The translations under genes and the position numbers were made by a program. A DNA stretch of 64,000 bases from Stegostoma tigrinum (Eukaryota): assembly GCF_030684315.1 (NCBI RefSeq), contig NC_081376.1, forward strand, positions 18,953,018-19,017,017, read 5' to 3'. Positions within the stretch are counted from its first letter, which is position 1, and every line of letters starts with the position of its first letter. The notes under the pieces were generated by a model. The model was given only the letters and a program-made list of their open reading frames with translations. It ran no database searches and was not told the origin of the DNA. This document shows, piece after piece, positions 27,321-41,540 of the stretch.

Positions 27321-28284
27321 AGTATCCACACTTTGGCAAGCACTCACAAGGTCTGTTGGATTCTGTTCTATTCTGTTCTCTCTAATTTCTCTTGCAGAAC
27401 TTCAGGAGCATTGATTTTCTCTGTTCTGTTACTGTAGAGAGGGTTTGGCCCCATTCCTGTCCCATATCCTTTGAGACACTACTACCCTCGAGTGGCTGCC
27501 CAGCTCCTGATAATCTGCCCAGTGGCCATTCCCCTAGGTGAAGCATCTCCATCACCACCTGGCAAAAATAGAAATTGCTGGAAACGCTCAGCAGGCCTGG
27601 CAGCAGAAATCAGAGTGAACATTTCGGGTTGAATGACCCTTTCTCAGAACTGCTTGCCTTTCTGGGAAATTCACCATAGTCTCTTGCTAAATTCAGAAAA
27701 TGACATTGGCCATTTCTGCTTATCCAGCAGGATGTGAGCTTCTTTTCCTGTAGATTGTTTTGCCTGGTTTAGGGCCTTTCAGTCTCCCCATTCTGTCCCA
27801 TATCCTGGCTCACAGGGGGCTGAATAGATTCTGCTGCTCTGGTCCATTGTTGTTTCAGTCTGAGGAAGGCAGTATCTTCACCAGTTGTGTCACAACTTAA
27901 GAACTTCCCTGGCCTCCATCTAAGTGAGGGTATGGATGCTCTTGTTTTAAATCAGAATATAGCAGCTCCCTCAGCAGATGGAGGTCTATTTGGAAACCTG
28001 TCTGGTCTCCCTCTAGTTTCTAAACACTTACAAACTCTCTGATGCCATTCAGGATGTGTGAGATCTCTTCAAGTCTTTATGGCTGAACAGAATCTTTCTG
28101 GCTCCTTTCTAATTTTTCAGTCTCCTTGATCTACTCTAGATTATCTGGACACATGGTTTGGGAATGTCCCACATCCTTTCCCAGTAATGCAGTTAATTCC
28201 CTCTCACTCATTTTGACCTCTGGTTGGGCTTATAAGTTCATAACCCTCACCTTTTACTGAAGAGCTAGTTCCAGCTTTAGACAC

Positions 28285-29400
28285 ACAAGGGAGTGCAGAT
28301 GCTGGATGCCAGAATCTATAAGCGTGAGACTGGAAAAGCACAGCAGGTCAGACAGCATCCCGAGGAGCAGGTAAATCAACATTTCGGGATGCACATTAGA
28401 CATCAGGACTGTTAGGAGGTGCAGAAATAAATAAAGGGAGGAAGTTGGGGTTGGGCATGGGTAGGACAGATGGTGATTGGTGGATGCAGGTGGGGTTTAT
28501 TGTGATTAGTCCATGGGAAGGATGGAGTGGATTGGTGAGTGGGAAGCTGGACAGGTTAGGTCAGGTCAGGAGGAGGAGGACTCAACATGGGATAAGGCTG
28601 GGGTGAAGAGATTTTGAAGCTGGTGAAGTCCATATTCAGGCCATTGGTCTGTAAGCTTCCAAGACAAAATAACAGGTGTTGTTCCTCTAGTTTACATTTG
28701 GCTTCACTCTGACAGTGGAGGAGGCCAAGGATGGACGTGTTACCAGGGGAGTGGGAGGGGGACTTAAAGTGGATGGCAACTGTAAGATTGGGTTCGTTGG
28801 TGGGTGCAGATCGTGGGTGCTCCACGAACTGGTCTGCATTTGGTCTCCCCTATATACAGGAGACCACATCGGGAGCATCAATTGCGATTGACAAGGTTAG
28901 ATGGAGTGTAGGAGAATATCTGCTAGATGTGAAGTTCATGATGGTGAGGCCACACCAATGCGGTCACCAATGTAACGGAGGAAGAGGTGAGGGATGGTGC
29001 CGGTGTAGTTGCAGAAGAGTGAATGCTCCATAAATCCCACAAAGAGGCAGGTATAGCTCATGCAACTTTAGATTGTAGGAAGTGGGAGGAATCAAGGGGG
29101 AAATTATTGAGAGTGAGGACCAGTTCAGCCCAGCAAATGAGAGTATCAGTGGCGGGGGACTGGTTGGGCCTACGGGAGCAGAAGAAGCAGAGAGTTAGGC
29201 TATCCATGTTGGGGATTTAGGTGCACGGGGACTGTACGTCCATGGTGAAAAAGAGATATTGGGGGCTGGGAAATTGAAAGTTTTGGAAAAGATGGAGGAT
29301 GTGAGTTGTGTCACTCCCCTGTAATTAAGGATCCCATCAATTGCATCTCCTCCCTGCTCCTCGGATGCTGTCAGACCTGCTGTATTATTCCAGCTTTATC
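28285..29400 (-). mobile_element. Internally deleted Penelope-like element (RT and GIY-YIG fragments) with inverted terminal piece
   Basis: HFKSPSHS..SILGLLHCQSEAKCKLEEQHLLFCLGSLQTNGLNMDF matches the element at 63211+. RT fragment at 29000-29310. Terminal repeat at 28285-28400 (-) and an inverted copy at 29340-29400 (+). Confidence 0.85.
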
Positions 29401-30879
29401 TGAGTGATAAAGTTTTAGGCTTTAACCTGACATCAAACCGTTCCAATTATGGACTAAGGATGATTTCTCAAACAGGATCTTGAGCATTTCAGACCTTTTG
29501 GCTTTATTAGTTAATTTTGTCTTGAGCCTCCTAGCTCCTATTTTTTGCTAGTTTGTTTTCAGAAATGTTCATGTTTCACTCACCAGATATCCTTGTCATG
29601 TTCAGAATGCAGGACCTGCCTTCATCTGATCAGACCCTCAACCTTGGGCGAAAGTATCTCCTGGCCAGAATTTCATGTGAGACATTGATTTTCAAGTAAA
29701 AACACTGTCAAAGATACCCAAAGAGACAAAGAAAATCAGTCTTTCATTCAATTTAATCATATTATTGCCAAGTATGTGATTTAGATCTCTTTTGTTATTT
29801 TAGATATTCAAAATTTCAGTTCCTGAGTTTCTTTCCTCCAGCAGTGCTATGAATGATTAGGTTGATGTGTTTTTGCCTTGCCCTTGTGGTTGTCCAGGAT
29901 TGATTATTTTCACATCTTTGGTAGTTTATCGTTCTGACAGTTCCCTTTACATTTGAATTGCTTCTATTTTTACTTGGAGCCACTCACCTAGTGTGAGGAC
30001 TAAAGTGTGACTTATGCCTAGTAGAGATATCATATTCCTAAATTTCAAGGTGTAGAGTTTAGTCAATGTAGGCATTTTCTGAAATTGACTTTGAGAATGG
30101 ACAATGTGCTCCAATGAGAGCCACAGAGCATCAGGTGACCTTGTCTGATTTCTGTGCAGATGAAGAATTAGTTTAGGTCTCGGGAAAGTTCTTAAAATAT
30201 ATGTGATTAGAGGTGAGGTGCCTTCCCTTGAAATAGGTGCCCTGGAGACAATATTGCTGGTGCATTTACAGCAATTCATAAGCTCGAAATGTTTTACAGA
30301 GAGGTGCAGAGAAATCAATTTATCATAAGCAAATGTGAACAATCAGCATACATTCCCCAATTGTGTAACAATGGTCTCTAAATCAGAATCATCCACGTGG
30401 ATAATAAAAGTTTTGATCTTCTGGCCACATGATCAAAAATGGCTTCAGACAACGTTCAGTCTCGTTAGTCCAAAACTCAGCTCGCAGCAAGGCTTTCTGA
30501 AATGGAACAATGGATAGAAGCCTTCCTAAACAACCAGTCAACCCAGACAGAGGGGAGGAGGGTAGCTTGTCTTCATCTGCAATGGCTCAGCTCTACAGAA
30601 GCATGGATTCATCTGGAAATGCAAGGTTTCTAGCTTCCATTCATCTAAAGAGTCATGAGAGAGCATTTAGGCCTGCATCACATGAATCTTAAAGGACTGA
30701 AATTTAAACATGTGACTTATTTCTTATTTCTGTGCAAATGATTTGATGTTCTCCTGACCTCTTTGTCTGCTCCTGGATGGGTAGGAGGTGTGGGGGCAGG
30801 ATTTTTGGTGATAAACCTTTGTAACTTAATATCTGCACTCTGAGGCAGACGCCTTAAATTCTCTTTCAATTGTTCATAG

Positions 30880-31830
30880 GTTGGGGATGCTCCTGGCTAG
30901 TCCAGCAGTTTTTGCCCATTCCGAATTGCCCTGGAGAAGGTGGCAGTGAGCTGCCTTCTTAAAGCTTTGCAACCCTTGGGGTGTGGGGACACTGACAGTG
31001 CCATTAGAAAGGGATATTTATGATTTTGATCCAGTGACAGCAAAGAATTGGAGATACTGTTCCAGGTCAGGGCAGTGTATGGCTTGGAGGGGAAGTGGCT
31101 GGTGGTGTTCAGATGCATCTGCTGCCCTTGTCCTAGAGAGTAGAGGTCACAGGCTAGGAAGATACTGTTGGAAGAGCTTTAATTAATTACGTCAGCGTTG
31201 CTGCTGGGTATCGGCGACAGAGAAAATAAATGTTCAAGATGGTGGACAGGATGCTAATCAAGCAGGGTCACTGTCCTGGGCAGTGTCACGTTTTTAAGTA
31301 TTTTTGGATCTGCACCCCACCAGGTAAGTGGAAGCTCATGCCTTATGGAGATGTAATATTGTCCACTGGGTGAGGTGATTTATTTGTCACAGGATGCCAA
31401 ATTTTGATCTGCACCTGTACCACAAAATATCACACAACTGGTCCTGTTCAGTCTCTGCTCATAGGTAAACCCTGGTATGTTGATACTTGGGGATTCACAA
31501 TGGTAATTTCATTTAGCATGATGGGGGTTGGTTAGATCCTATCTTTCTGGAGATGGTCATTACCTGGCATTTGTATAGTGTGAATGTTTCTTCCTACTTA
31601 TCATCCCATACCCGTGTAACATCCAGATTTTGGTATGTACAGAAAGTGCTTCAATATCTATGGACTAGACTCAGTATCATGCATGTGGTGCAGAATGTCG
31701 TGCAATCATCAGTGAACAACTCCACTGCTGAACTTGTGATAGGTTGAAGATCATTGATGTCATTGCAGAGGACTGTTGGGGCTTAGACACTACTTTGAGG
31801 AATGCCTGCAGAGAAATCCTGTAGTTGCTG
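30880..31830 (-). mobile_element. Decayed LINE 3' region (CR1/L2 group)
   Basis: Same tail family as 12290-12640 and 33280-33815 (GCCCATTCC.AATTGCCCT.GAGAAGGTGG) with decayed RT upstream. Confidence 0.55.
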
Positions 31831-34669
31831 CTACTAAAATTGTAAATATCTCAGTTCAGTCACAGTCCAATTCTAGTTCAATTTTAGATGGAGGTTAATA
31901 ACTGGCTTTCTTCCTTTGTTTTGGATTATAAGAAAATGTGACATTTACAGGTATGGCAGATCTCTTAATTATACAGACAGTTGACATTAAAATCTAATTG
32001 GTTTTGTCTATCTGTTCAAGAAGTGGTTACAGATCACTGTTTTTTGATTGAAGCAGTACAGAAATGGGAATTAGTTCCTTTAGCATCATTGTCTCAACCC
32101 AACTACCTCACAGTCGAGATTTTCATCTGGGTGAATTAAAGGAAATTCAATTTGAAACAAATAAAATTATAATTCTGACAGTAATGGCCCAAGTTTCAGC
32201 CAAAATGTCCCTTGTTCAATTAAAGGACCTGAAAGTAACATTGTTGCCAACCCTTAGGATATCTGAATTATCAGTGTACAATTACTTTAGTGCACTAGTT
32301 TCATGTAGGCAGAAGAGAATTTATTTTTCTGTCTCTTCCATTTAAGTCAATTTGTGAGCACTTAAACGTTCACTCAAAAGCTAATCAATTCTCATGAGTG
32401 TTGACACACATCATAAGATGTGTGCATTTATCTGCTTGGATACATTATGGGTTAGGATTTACATTACTTCATTCTCACATTACTGTCTGTCGGAGCTTGC
32501 TGTGCACAAATTGGCTGGCATGCTTCTTCCTTCATGATAACCATAACTGCACCCCCCGACAAAATTAATTCATTAGCATCTAGGCAGAGCTGTGAAATAA
32601 AGGTTATTGGGAGTGGATGATAATATAGAATTCAAAACACAACAGACTAATCACGATCTTATTGAATGTCAGAAAAGGTTCAAGGGCTGAATGGCCCACT
32701 TCTTCATTGATATGCTTCTGTTTAAATGAAAGGTAGTATTTTGAGGTGTTTGTGACTTCCTGATAAAATTTTTAGTGGTGTTCAGGGCTTTTGTTGGGAT
32801 CCATTCATTAGACATCTACATAGAGGAGCTAGCTGTACAGCATAATAATATCAGACAAATGTATAGTTGGTTGATTTTACTTCTATTTGTGAGTTGAGAG
32901 GCCATAAGAGCATTAAATTACGTGACATGATTGGTGATTCATACCCATTGCCTACCTGTCACTTTTTAGGATCTAACCGAAGTCAGGGGAAATATTGGGT
33001 AACCCACCCACAATTGGATCAATTGAGGACTCCTCCCATCAAAGTTGGTATTCCACAAGTGGCAGGGGTTGCCATGCCACATGGTGAGGCTACCGGGTGA
33101 ACCCCAAAGGCCTTGTTGTTGGTTTGGAGGTTGGCAGTGGGAAGTTGTCCCTCTTCTTCGGCCACCTTGAGCCTAGCAGAGGCCCTCTCACATGGTACGA
33201 ACGACACATCTCTAATTTATGCTGCAGCCCCCTCCCCACACCCCCACAGCCCTCACCAGGGTAAACAAGATTAGTTCCCTTTGCATTGCTTGTCCATCTC
33301 TAATTGCCTTTCAGAAGGTCGTGGTGAGATGCCTGTTCACATGGTGACAGTGCTACTAGGGACAATATTCCAGAATCTTGACACAGTGATTGTAAAGAGA
33401 CAGCAAGATAGCTCCAAGTCAAGCTGATGTGAAAAATGGAAGGAGAAACATGAAGGTGGTGATGCTCCTATGGATCTGCTACTCTTACCCTTCTGCATGG
33501 TAACAGTAATGTTTTTGAAAGAAGATGTTAAATGTAGCTTGGTGACTTGCTACAGTGCATTCATGGATGTCAAACACTGCTGTAACTGTGTGCTGCAATG
33601 GACAGAGTGAATGTCTAAGTTGATTAGTGGGGTGATTGCCAAATGGGTTGTTATATCTTGAATAATGTCAAATTTCTTGAGGATTATTGAAACTGCATTT
33701 ATCTGGGCAAGTGGAAAATATTATACCACACTCCTAGCTTGTGCCTTGTAGATGGTAGACAGGATTTGAAGAGTCAGGCTTGAGTTATTTGCAACATAAT
33801 TCCAGCCTCTAATCTACTCTGAAGAAGGGTCACTGGACTCAAATTACTCACTCTGCTTTCTCTCCATATATGCAGCCAGACCAACTGAGTTTATACAACA
33901 ATTTCTGTTTTTGTTCCTGACTGTAAGTGATTCCTCCAACTTTTCTCATTTCTTCCACAAACAGTATGATACCTGGTGAGTGCTGAAGTGGGAAAAGCAA
34001 TGTACATAAATGTACAATGTACGAATAAATGAGACAAAGCACCAAGAAACAGAGGAGTGGGGGTGGAACTTGCTGAATCTGTAATGCGAAGATCAACTGA
34101 TTCTAATAAGAACTGGTATAAAATTGTTTGCAGTCATCAATGTTTAAAGTGACCTTTAACTCCAATCTCAATTTCAAGCCTGAAATGTGATTAATGTGGT
34201 ATAACTGTGCCATTGTTAAAGGAACTGAATGGACGAAAACATACAAGATGATGCCATAAATCAGATTAAATATTAAATTATAAGGTTAAAGCTTTATTAA
34301 ATTAGTAACAAATGTGCCATATGGACTTGTTGCTTGGAAACTGAGAAATTGGCAGAATGAAATGATTGTCTTGGTAATCATGCAAGGGCTAGAGAACAGA
34401 GGAGGAATGATGCAAGAAAATCAAAAACTTGAAAAGGCACCAAGCGGCAATGGCCAATTGCTGAGCCAAAGAAAGCAGGTTTGGCCTACCCAGAGCCAAT
34501 TATATGGCTAGCAAGCTCTGAGTGGGGTATAAGGAACTGTGATACAACATGATAGCTAACTCAGGGCAAAGTAGAGTTGTTGATATCCAGAATAAATTTC
34601 CAAACTATGAAGGCAATATTCACTCACAGTATTTGCCTACAAGTTACTGCACTGCAACTTTGCAATGAA

Positions 34670-36370
34670 GCTCATCCCATTTGCCCACCTAACTGCTTGT
34701 TGCACTTGTATGCTTGCTTTCGGTGACCTACGTACAAGGAAACCCAGGTCCCTTTATACATCAATTTTCCCAATCCATCACTGTTTAAATAACACTCTGC
34801 TATTCTGTTTTTCATACTGAAATGGGCAGCTTCACACTTGTCAATGTTACACTGCATTTGTCATACTTTTGCTCACTTACTCTGGATCAGCTTGAAGCCT
34901 CTTTACATCTTCCTCACCACACAATCCCATCTCATTTTATATTGTCAGCAAACCTGAAAATATTACCTTTGGCTCAGTGATCCAAACTGTTGATATATAT
35001 TGTGAATAGCTGGGCACTGATCCCTGTGATACATCACTATAGACCGCCTCCAACTCCAACATAGATGCATTTATTCCTAGACTGTTTCCTGTCTGCTAAC
35101 CAATTCTCAACCCATGCCAGTACATTACCCCAAATCCCATGAGTTTTACTTTTGCATAATTACCTCTCACGTGGGTCTGTATAAAAAGCATCCTCAAAAT
35201 CCAAATACATCACATCGATTGGATCGCTTTCATGTTTTCTACTAATCACATCCTCAGAAAAACTCCATTAAGTTTGGCATGATTTCTTTTACATAAATCC
35301 ACTTTTAATTTGTATTCCTACTGTTATTTTCTCAGTATCCTGTTATCACATCCTTTATACAAGACTCCAGTATTCTCCTGACTACTAACTGGTCTGTAAT
35401 TTGTTTTTTCTTCTTCCTCTCTTTTTTACACAATGGTGTTTTGTTTGCCACTCTCCAGAGTGCTGGGACTGTTCCAGATTCAACAGAATCTTGGAAGATA
35501 ACAACCAATGTGTCCATTATTTCCTGGTCTTCTCTTTAGTACCATGGGATGTAGAATATCAGGCTCTGGACCTTTATACCCTTTTAGTTCTATGATTTTT
35601 TCAAAACTAATATTCATCTTCTTCAGTTTGTGCTTTCTGATAGAGCCTTACTTCCCCTTGCATTACTGGAGTTATTATTGTCTTCTGTGAAGACTGAACT
35701 AACGTAGCTGTTTATTTTTTCTGCCATTTACTTACTATCAAGTCTCCCCTTTCTGACTGTGAGGGGCCTAATTTATTTCCACTAATCTTATTTTTTACAT
35801 GCTTATATAATGTAAGTTGATTCCTCAATGTACTGGCCAAGGAAAACATCTTGTACACACTCCAGGAATTCATTTGCCGCGTGATTGTCACTCATGTGGT
35901 TTGCCCAATCTGTATGTAGATTAAAAGCTATCCATGATGACTTTCGCATCCTTGTTACATGCATCTTATTATTGCAACCATACAGCTTACCAACACTGTG
36001 TGGAGATCAATAAACAACTCCAACTAATGTTTTCTGCATATTATTTGCTTCTTAATTTCATTCAGAGCAAATCCACATCCAGATTTTTTGCTTCAAAATT
36101 CTTTCTCACTATTGCACTGATTTAGTCTCTCAGTAAAGTACTTTCTTTTCATTTTTACCTGCCCTTCCTAAAGACTGAATACCCTCAGATGTTCAGTTCC
36201 CAGCCTTGGTCACCCTGAAGCCATGTCTCTGTAATCTGTAATACCTATTTACAGCTATTTACATTATTGATTCGACTACCTTATTGCAAATGAACCGTGC
36301 ATTTAGATATAATACCTTTAGACTTGTCTTTTGGATATTCTGACGCATATGTTTTGTACTATAGCCCTAT
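34670..36370 (-). mobile_element. Decayed CR1 LINE ORF2
   Basis: ORF fragments IFQDSVESGTVPALWRVANKTPL and MQCNIDKCEAAHF; endonuclease remnants toward 35800-36300. Confidence 0.8.
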
Positions 36371-38364
36371 GTGCTCCGAATCCATGTTTCCTCGCCCTTC
36401 TGTTTTTGCTTTCTACCTTTTTTATCTTTCGTTTCTATTTTTGACTCCCTCACACTTGCCTCCCTGCTCAGATTCCAATCCCCGGCCACTCTTACAGTAT
36501 TTATGTGGCTGGTCCAGTTAAATTTCTGTTCAATAATAATCCCCAGAATATTGATGGTAGGTTAAGTCAGAGATAGACTCAAGAGGAGATGGTTAAATTG
36601 TCCTGCACCAGAGTTGGTCATTGCTCAGCAGTGTATAGTTTCGATATTACTTGTCATTTATGAATGTTGTTCAAGTTTACGGCATGCAGACACAATTGTC
36701 CTAATCTCTGAGAAGTCATGGCTGGTGGTGAGCACTTTGCAATTATCAGTACTCCACTTTTATTGATGAAGAGAAAGTTATTGATGAAGCTGATGAAGAT
36801 AGTTGGACCTAGGTCATAGTCCTGAGGCAGTTCTGCAGCAATGTCCTGGGGTTAAATGGTTAGTCTCACTCCTTATTGCCATGCTTGGTCAAATGTTGCC
36901 TTGAAGTCAACAGCAGTTGCTTACCTCAGCTTTTAAATTTAGCTTTTGCCCATCCTTGGACTGAGATTATAATGAAATCCACAGACGAGTGGCCCTGACA
37001 GAACTCAAACTGAGAACCAATGAATTTGAGGTCAATTGTCATCACTTGATTAAATCCAGTCTGGGAGGTTATCAATATGGAGAGGATAATTTATTAGGGG
37101 GAAAGAATGTTCATGTAGCAATAGCTGTTGGACAGGCACACACACATTATGGCACCCCTCAGGGTAAAGTGCTAGGACAACATCATCACATGCTTTGCTC
37201 AAGGTAGTGGAGTGAGGCTTGCTGGAGAGTTTTAAGTCCCATCAAGACTGCTCAGCTATTAGGTTGCCAATCAAGTGTAAAAAGCTGCTGCTATTTCCTT
37301 TTACACCTTTAAATTTTCCACTTATTCTGATCTCAATTTATAGCTGTCTTAAACCTCAGAATGAAGAAAATCTCAACTGTCCACTGATTCCTTTTGGAAA
37401 AGTCTGCTTGTTAATGTTGGCAAAGTATAAGATCTACTTAAAGTTAGGAAATGGATCTGCAAGCTTTCATAAAAGTGGCCTGAACCGAAAGCCTTCGAAC
37501 CATGTCTTAAACCTTCAGCTGCCAGAGTGCCTAAGGTTTGGAATCATCTCTTGAAGTCTCACTGCATCGTTCTCCACTTTTAAGACACTCCTTAAAACCT
37601 ATCTATGTATGAATTGCTTTGGGACCTTTTACACTGAAGGAGCTATATAATTGCAGACTGGTTTTGTTAACTACAGCATTTCCAGAAGACTCGGTATATA
37701 CTATCTAGGCTCATGTATAGAGACATGGCATGAGAGAATGAGAGATCAATACAAAAGCTCTCCAATGAGGTGATCAAATGCAGTTTGTGTGATTGCTTTG
37801 TAGAACACCTCCATTGACTTTCCAAGCACGATCCTGAGCTCCCAATCATTGGTTATTTGAATTCTCACAGCCCCATTCCTGGGCTCATTTCTTTAATTTT
37901 GGCCTCCTACACTGTTGGAATGAATCTCAATCAATTCACACTTGAACAGTTTTATTATCTTCCAGTGTGTGTTCTCTGTGCTTTGATACAAACTCAGCCC
38001 AGACTTCTTAGTAACTGTTAAACTCTGTTTACTATTACATTGTTCGTGATGGTAAGGCCACAGAGTAGCATGCTCTGGGTTTAAGAGGGTCAAACTCCCC
38101 AGCTGAACACTAATTAGTGATTCTGGAAATTGCAATCACGTACAACTTATTGCAAAAGCTCAATTACATATTCATTAAACCATATCTCTACAAAGTCACC
38201 GCTTTATACTTAGATTAGTCACTTTATAACCAATTAAGCTCAACAATTTCATATCATGATCAGTGTTCCCACTTTTTCAGTTGCCAGCACTGACTGGTAG
38301 GGCATATTAGTTTCTGTACTGTGTCTTCCACATAATTTACATCTCCTCTGAATGTATGTCTTCT

Positions 38365-38690
38365 TAGGCATAGACATGAATCCCTCCAGTGTGGAAGGAA
38401 GCCATTCAGTCCATTGAGTTCACATTGACCCTCCAAAGAGCATCACACTCAGACCCACTCCCCCTATATATGTAACCTTGCATTTCCGAGCATGCACATT
38501 GCTGAACACTATGGGCAATTTAGCATGGCCAATCCACCTAGCCTGCACATTTTGGACTGTGGGTGGAATCTGGAGCACCCGGAGGTTACGCACGCAGACA
38601 CAGGGAGAATGTGCAAACTCCACACAGACAGTCGCCCGAGGGTGGTGCTGCGGGGCAGAAGTGCTAGCCATTGAGCCACTGAGTCACCTT
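38365..38690 (-). mobile_element. HE1-type SINE
   Basis: CTCAGTGGCTCAATGGCTAGCAC head, GTGGAGTTTGCACATTCTCCC and GGATTGGCCATGCTAAATTGCCC. Confidence 0.85.
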
Positions 38691-39795
38691 TTATCCCTTC
38701 ACTACTCTGTCAAGACTTCCACTGTCATTTTTTGTCACTTTATCTCTTCTGCCTTCTGTCATTTACCTTCCCTTTTGTAATTTCTTCCCTCTCCTCTTTT
38801 CCTGTCTCAGTAATTGCTTAAAATCTGTTACATTTCTATCATTTTCCAGCTCTGATGAAAAGTCCTCAGCCTGAAATGTTGTCTTTGTTTTTATCTGCAC
38901 GGATGTTGACCTTCTCCCTATTTCAGGCAATTTAGTTCTTTATTTCAGATCACCAGTAGCCACAGTATTTTGCTTACAATACTAGAGAGGAAGGCCCATG
39001 AATTATTCTGACAGTTATAATTGGGGACATTTACCAAGGAAACATAAATATTTCTGTTATTCCTTGGAGTTGTAAAATGATGCCATGTATCATTTGACTT
39101 TCTTGAATGATCTTTATTTATTCATTTGCCTTCATGGACAGCTGAGGAGATTTAACAGAAGGCAATGATTACATTATTTCTGTTGTGCCTCGGTTCATGC
39201 AGGTTTTTCGAGCCAAATTGAACCAGGTGTCTGAAACACCCCGCCATGGAGGCTGTCAATGAATCTTTTTCATCTAAGTGTCTTATTGTGGAACTAGCTC
39301 CTGTCTTTAGGAGCTACAAAATGTGACTGACATTGGCCATATTTTCAGATGTGGCTCAAACAGAAAATGATACAGTGAGAATAGGCATTGAGCTAATTAT
39401 AAAGGCAAAATAGTGTGGATGCTAGGAACTGAAATTAAAAATAAATGCTGGAGAAAGTCAGCAGTGTCTATGGAGAGAGAGATGAAGCTAATGTGTCCAC
39501 TCCAATGTCGCTCTTCCTTGGAACAGTTCGACATGAAGTTCTTCCTACTCCCTGTATCTGTACTCTTTTAAAATTAATTACTTGGTTTGCCTTTCAAGCT
39601 ATTTTGTTCAGTAACTCAGACAGTGGAATCAGTATCCGGCCTCAACCTTTCATTCATTTTATAGCCTACAAGTTTTTAGAATCCACTTCATGTTCACCTG
39701 ATCACTGTTTTGTGACTTTCATCTGTTGTCTGTGCCGCTCTGTACATCTCTCAATGTGTCAAACCTTCAGCTGTGTATCTCAATAACACTGAGGC

Positions 39796-41154
39796 AGTGC
39801 TTCAGAACAAACAGAGTGTCTCTAAGACCTTGCAGACTCCTCAATCAATGCACACAGTGGTTAATTTACCCAGGCGCTTACTGTGTATGAGGAAAGGGCA
39901 ATACAGCACGAGTCTGCCGTCAGTGAACCAGGTCCTGATTTTATTTGAAGGTAACAAAAGTAAGAATTGAACTTTACAATTTCAACAACTGTTATGTAAC
40001 TATATGATTCTCTGGAAACTTAAAGTACTTCCCAGGTACTTGTAATTTGTGCTCGTTTGTCAAATTGTTCAGTCTGTTCCTCCCTTCATGGGCTGAGTGT
40101 CTTTGACATTGGAGGGTGAGCTGTATCCCAATGTTCCTCAAGGCCAGGGTTCAGTCAGGGCCATTGAATCCATACAGTATGGGAACAGGCCATTCAGCCC
40201 CATTAGTTCACACTGACTCTCCGAACAACATCCCATCCAGACCCACTCCCCACCCTATCCCTGCATTTCCCATGGGTAACACACCTAAGCCACAAATCCT
40301 TGAACACTTTGGGCAATTTAGCATAGCCAATCCACCTAACTGGCACATCTTTGGAGTATGGAAGGAAACTGGAGCAACCTGTAGACACAGGGAGAACGTG
40401 CAAACTCCACACAGACAGTTGCCCCAGGGTGAAATTGAACCTTAGGTCCCTGGTGCTAAGAGGCAACAGTGCTAACCATTGAGCCACTATGCTGCACCAG
40501 TCCTGCCAGGCTGGCCTCTTATACTTTCCTGGTTATTTTCTGGAACTTTCCAAGGTCTTGACTAATCAGAGGTCTCGAATGAATTGGTTTTATCAACTTG
40601 AAGTGGTGCCAATAGCTCTCAATGGTTCACTTAACAGTGAACTCTTTTGAACCTTATAAACTGATGTTTTCCCAGCCACCATCAGTTCTAAGGAAGGGTC
40701 ACCGGACCCGAAATGTTTACTGTGTTTTCTCCTCCACAGATGCTGCCAGACCTGCTGTGCTTTTCCAGCAACTTTGTTTTTGTTTCCTTTGATGAGCCTG
40801 CTCTTAGGTCTGGAAGTCTGATTTTGTCCCAGCATATACACCTGGTCTTTTGTCTTACTGAGGCACACCTGATCTAATGTTGTTTTTTGTCAGTAAGGGT
40901 TGAATTACCCATTCACATTTCCTAATGTGCTCTGAGGCCTCTCTAGTTTTCAATTACCTGATCAATTAGATGTTGCAAGGACATGTCTTTAGGAAGAATT
41001 GTTTCTTGTGTGTCAGTCTTGGCTCAGGCATTCCCAGCATACTTTACTTTTTGGCCAGTTTTTAATTCCCTGTCTATTTCAGTAGCTGTGTTTTTATTTC
41101 TGGCCGCCCTTCTCAATGGTTTCTATTTCACTTACACAGTCACAGACTGCTACA
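39796..41154 (-). repeat. 3' LTR (contains an HE1 SINE at about 40165-40497 and a PLE end at about 40665-40790)
   Basis: Colinear with 43808-44667 (about 84% over the last 184 bp by hand count). Begins TGTAGCAG on the minus strand; AATAAA on minus at 39940-39945. Confidence 0.85.
40165..40497 (-). mobile_element. HE1-type SINE inserted in the 3' LTR
   Basis: GCAGCATAGTGGCTCAATGGTTAGCACTG head; absent from the sister LTR. Confidence 0.85.
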
Positions 41155-41165
41155 TCACTTCTCTT
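41155..41165 (-). promoter_or_regulatory. Polypurine tract (PPT)
   Basis: AAGAGAAGTGA immediately precedes TGTAGCAG of the 3' LTR on the minus strand. Confidence 0.6.
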
Positions 41166-41540
41166 GAAGGAAAGGAGCATTAGTGAATATTGTTCACTGT
41201 AAAGGTACTAAGCTGAGATCGGTTTGTCATGGAGTAGATGTGTTGTAAAGGAAACCTATAGGATAAGCCATCGTGAATATGGATCAGGTATTTAAACAGG
41301 CATGTAATTAAAATGGTAAAGTGTGGCTTGTCATAATCACACTATGTTTACACACTTGCATACAGCTGTAAATTGTTGCAACATTGCATGTTACCATATC
41401 ACAGTATCCATAAGGGAAGTCACTCAATGGTTATACACAATGTAGAACTAAAAATTCTTAGCAATACAGGAATTAATGCATATGTATGTAAAAGAAAACT
41501 GAAAATAGCCAAGGAGTTCCATGTTCTATGGTTCTCTAAC

